Shown: piece after piece, positions 63,517 to 64,000 of the stretch
How positions within the stretch are numbered: position 1 is the stretch's first letter
Layout: each line of letters begins with the position of its first letter
Assembly (NCBI GenBank): GCA_965206595.1
Contig: OZ242214.1
Span: forward strand, 5,440,001-5,504,000
Direction of reading: 5' to 3'
DNA length: 64,000 nucleotides
Source of the DNA: Candidatus Latescibacterota bacterium
GTDB lineage: Bacteria; Latescibacterota; UBA2968; UBA8231
The notes under the pieces: model-generated
Told to the model about the DNA's origin: nothing
The model's database searches: none
Seen by the model: only the letters and a program-made list of their open reading frames with translations
Translations under genes and position numbers: made by a program

Positions 63517-64000
63517 TCAGAAAAACACCGGGTAGGGTCCGCCCCCGGCTTCGCGCCGGATCAGCAGCGCCAGCTCGAGGAGGTGGTAGTCCCCCCACAT
63601 CGAGGACTCGCCGCAGGGGATGAGCCGGCCCGGAGGGACGTGGTCCCAGCCGTTGGGCCGGTGGTAGATCGAGTGCAGCAGCAGCCCCTGGTGGGACGGG
63701 TCCGCAGACAGGTACGGTTCCGACAGCAGGGCGGCGGCTATGGTGAAGGCGGCGCCGCGGTAGCGGCCCCAGCGCTCCTGGTCTCCCCGGGACAGGCAGT
63801 AGTTCCCCAGGCGCAGGTACCCCTGCGCGCAGATCGCCGCCGCGGAGCTGTCGAGCGGCTCGACGTCGTTGTGGGGATCCGACGGCTGTTCGGCGATGTC
63901 GCCGAATTCCGCCACTCCCGGGGCGCCGGTATCCCAGAAGGGAACGCCGTCGGCGAAGCTGTTGCGGACGTGGAACTCCGCGGTCGCCAGGGCTGCCCGC
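63517..64000 (-). CDS. Glycoside hydrolase family 88-like protein, C-terminal part
   Basis: DGVPFWDTGAPG, PLDSSAAAI, GLLLHSIYH, SMWGDYHLLE; 5' end lies outside the window. Confidence 0.75.
   Translation of the reverse strand, partial: RAALATAEFHVRNSFADGVPFWDTGAPGVAEFGDIAEQPSDPHNDVEPLDSSAAAICAQGYLRLGNYCLSRGDQERWGRYRGAAFTIAAALLSEPYLSADPSHQGLLLHSIYHRPNGWDHVPPGRLIPCGESSMWGDYHLLELALLIRREAGGGPYPVFF

Overview
A 64-kb stretch of a high-GC bacterial chromosome. The secreted proteases end in 'LEQNYPNPFN...WDG.D..G..VASGVYLYRL' (FlgD-Ig/T9SS-A-like) tails and there is a tandem array of MacB-type permeases; together these suggest an FCB-group organism such as Latescibacterota/Gemmatimonadota (inference only). 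From left to right: (1) 1-14 kb: a MacAB-like ABC exporter locus (adaptor, 2 ATPases, at least 4 paralogous permeases) divergent from a sigma54 two-component pair. An IS3 element without target duplication marks a deletion in it, and the sensor kinase is frameshifted. (2) 14.3-15.5 kb: intact and decayed toxin-antitoxin modules. (3) 15.5-33.4 kb: housekeeping, envelope and catabolic genes (flavin disulfide reductase, SpoU methylase, COG3014-LpoB operon, pdxS/pdxT, Wzx flippase, CNNM protein, tRNA-Glu, amidase cluster). (4) 33.7-40.2 kb: a defence-island-like block with an NYN-cold-shock protein, remnants of a HipA-like kinase/HIRAN pair, an array of palindromic operators, and two coupled STAND-like ATPases, the second carrying a low-GC cassette of about ten 43-aa TPR-like repeats. 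(5) 40.3-52 kb: UbiD, a sarcosine-oxidase-like (probably N-methylglutamate dehydrogenase) operon with gmaS, and acnA. (6) 52-61.6 kb: a PAS kinase/NarL pair, then a membrane-anchored CxxC thioredoxin-like gene, a secreted 8-Cys miniprotein, an IS66 relic, and three tandem Csp-like subtilases with divergent central domains, two apparently lacking prodomains. (7) 61.6-64 kb: isochorismatase, an enolase-family dehydratase and a partial GH88-like gene. The best candidates for undescribed systems are block 6 and the paired-ATPase/TPR module in block 4. All calls come from motif recognition by eye; no searches were run and GC differences are visual estimates.
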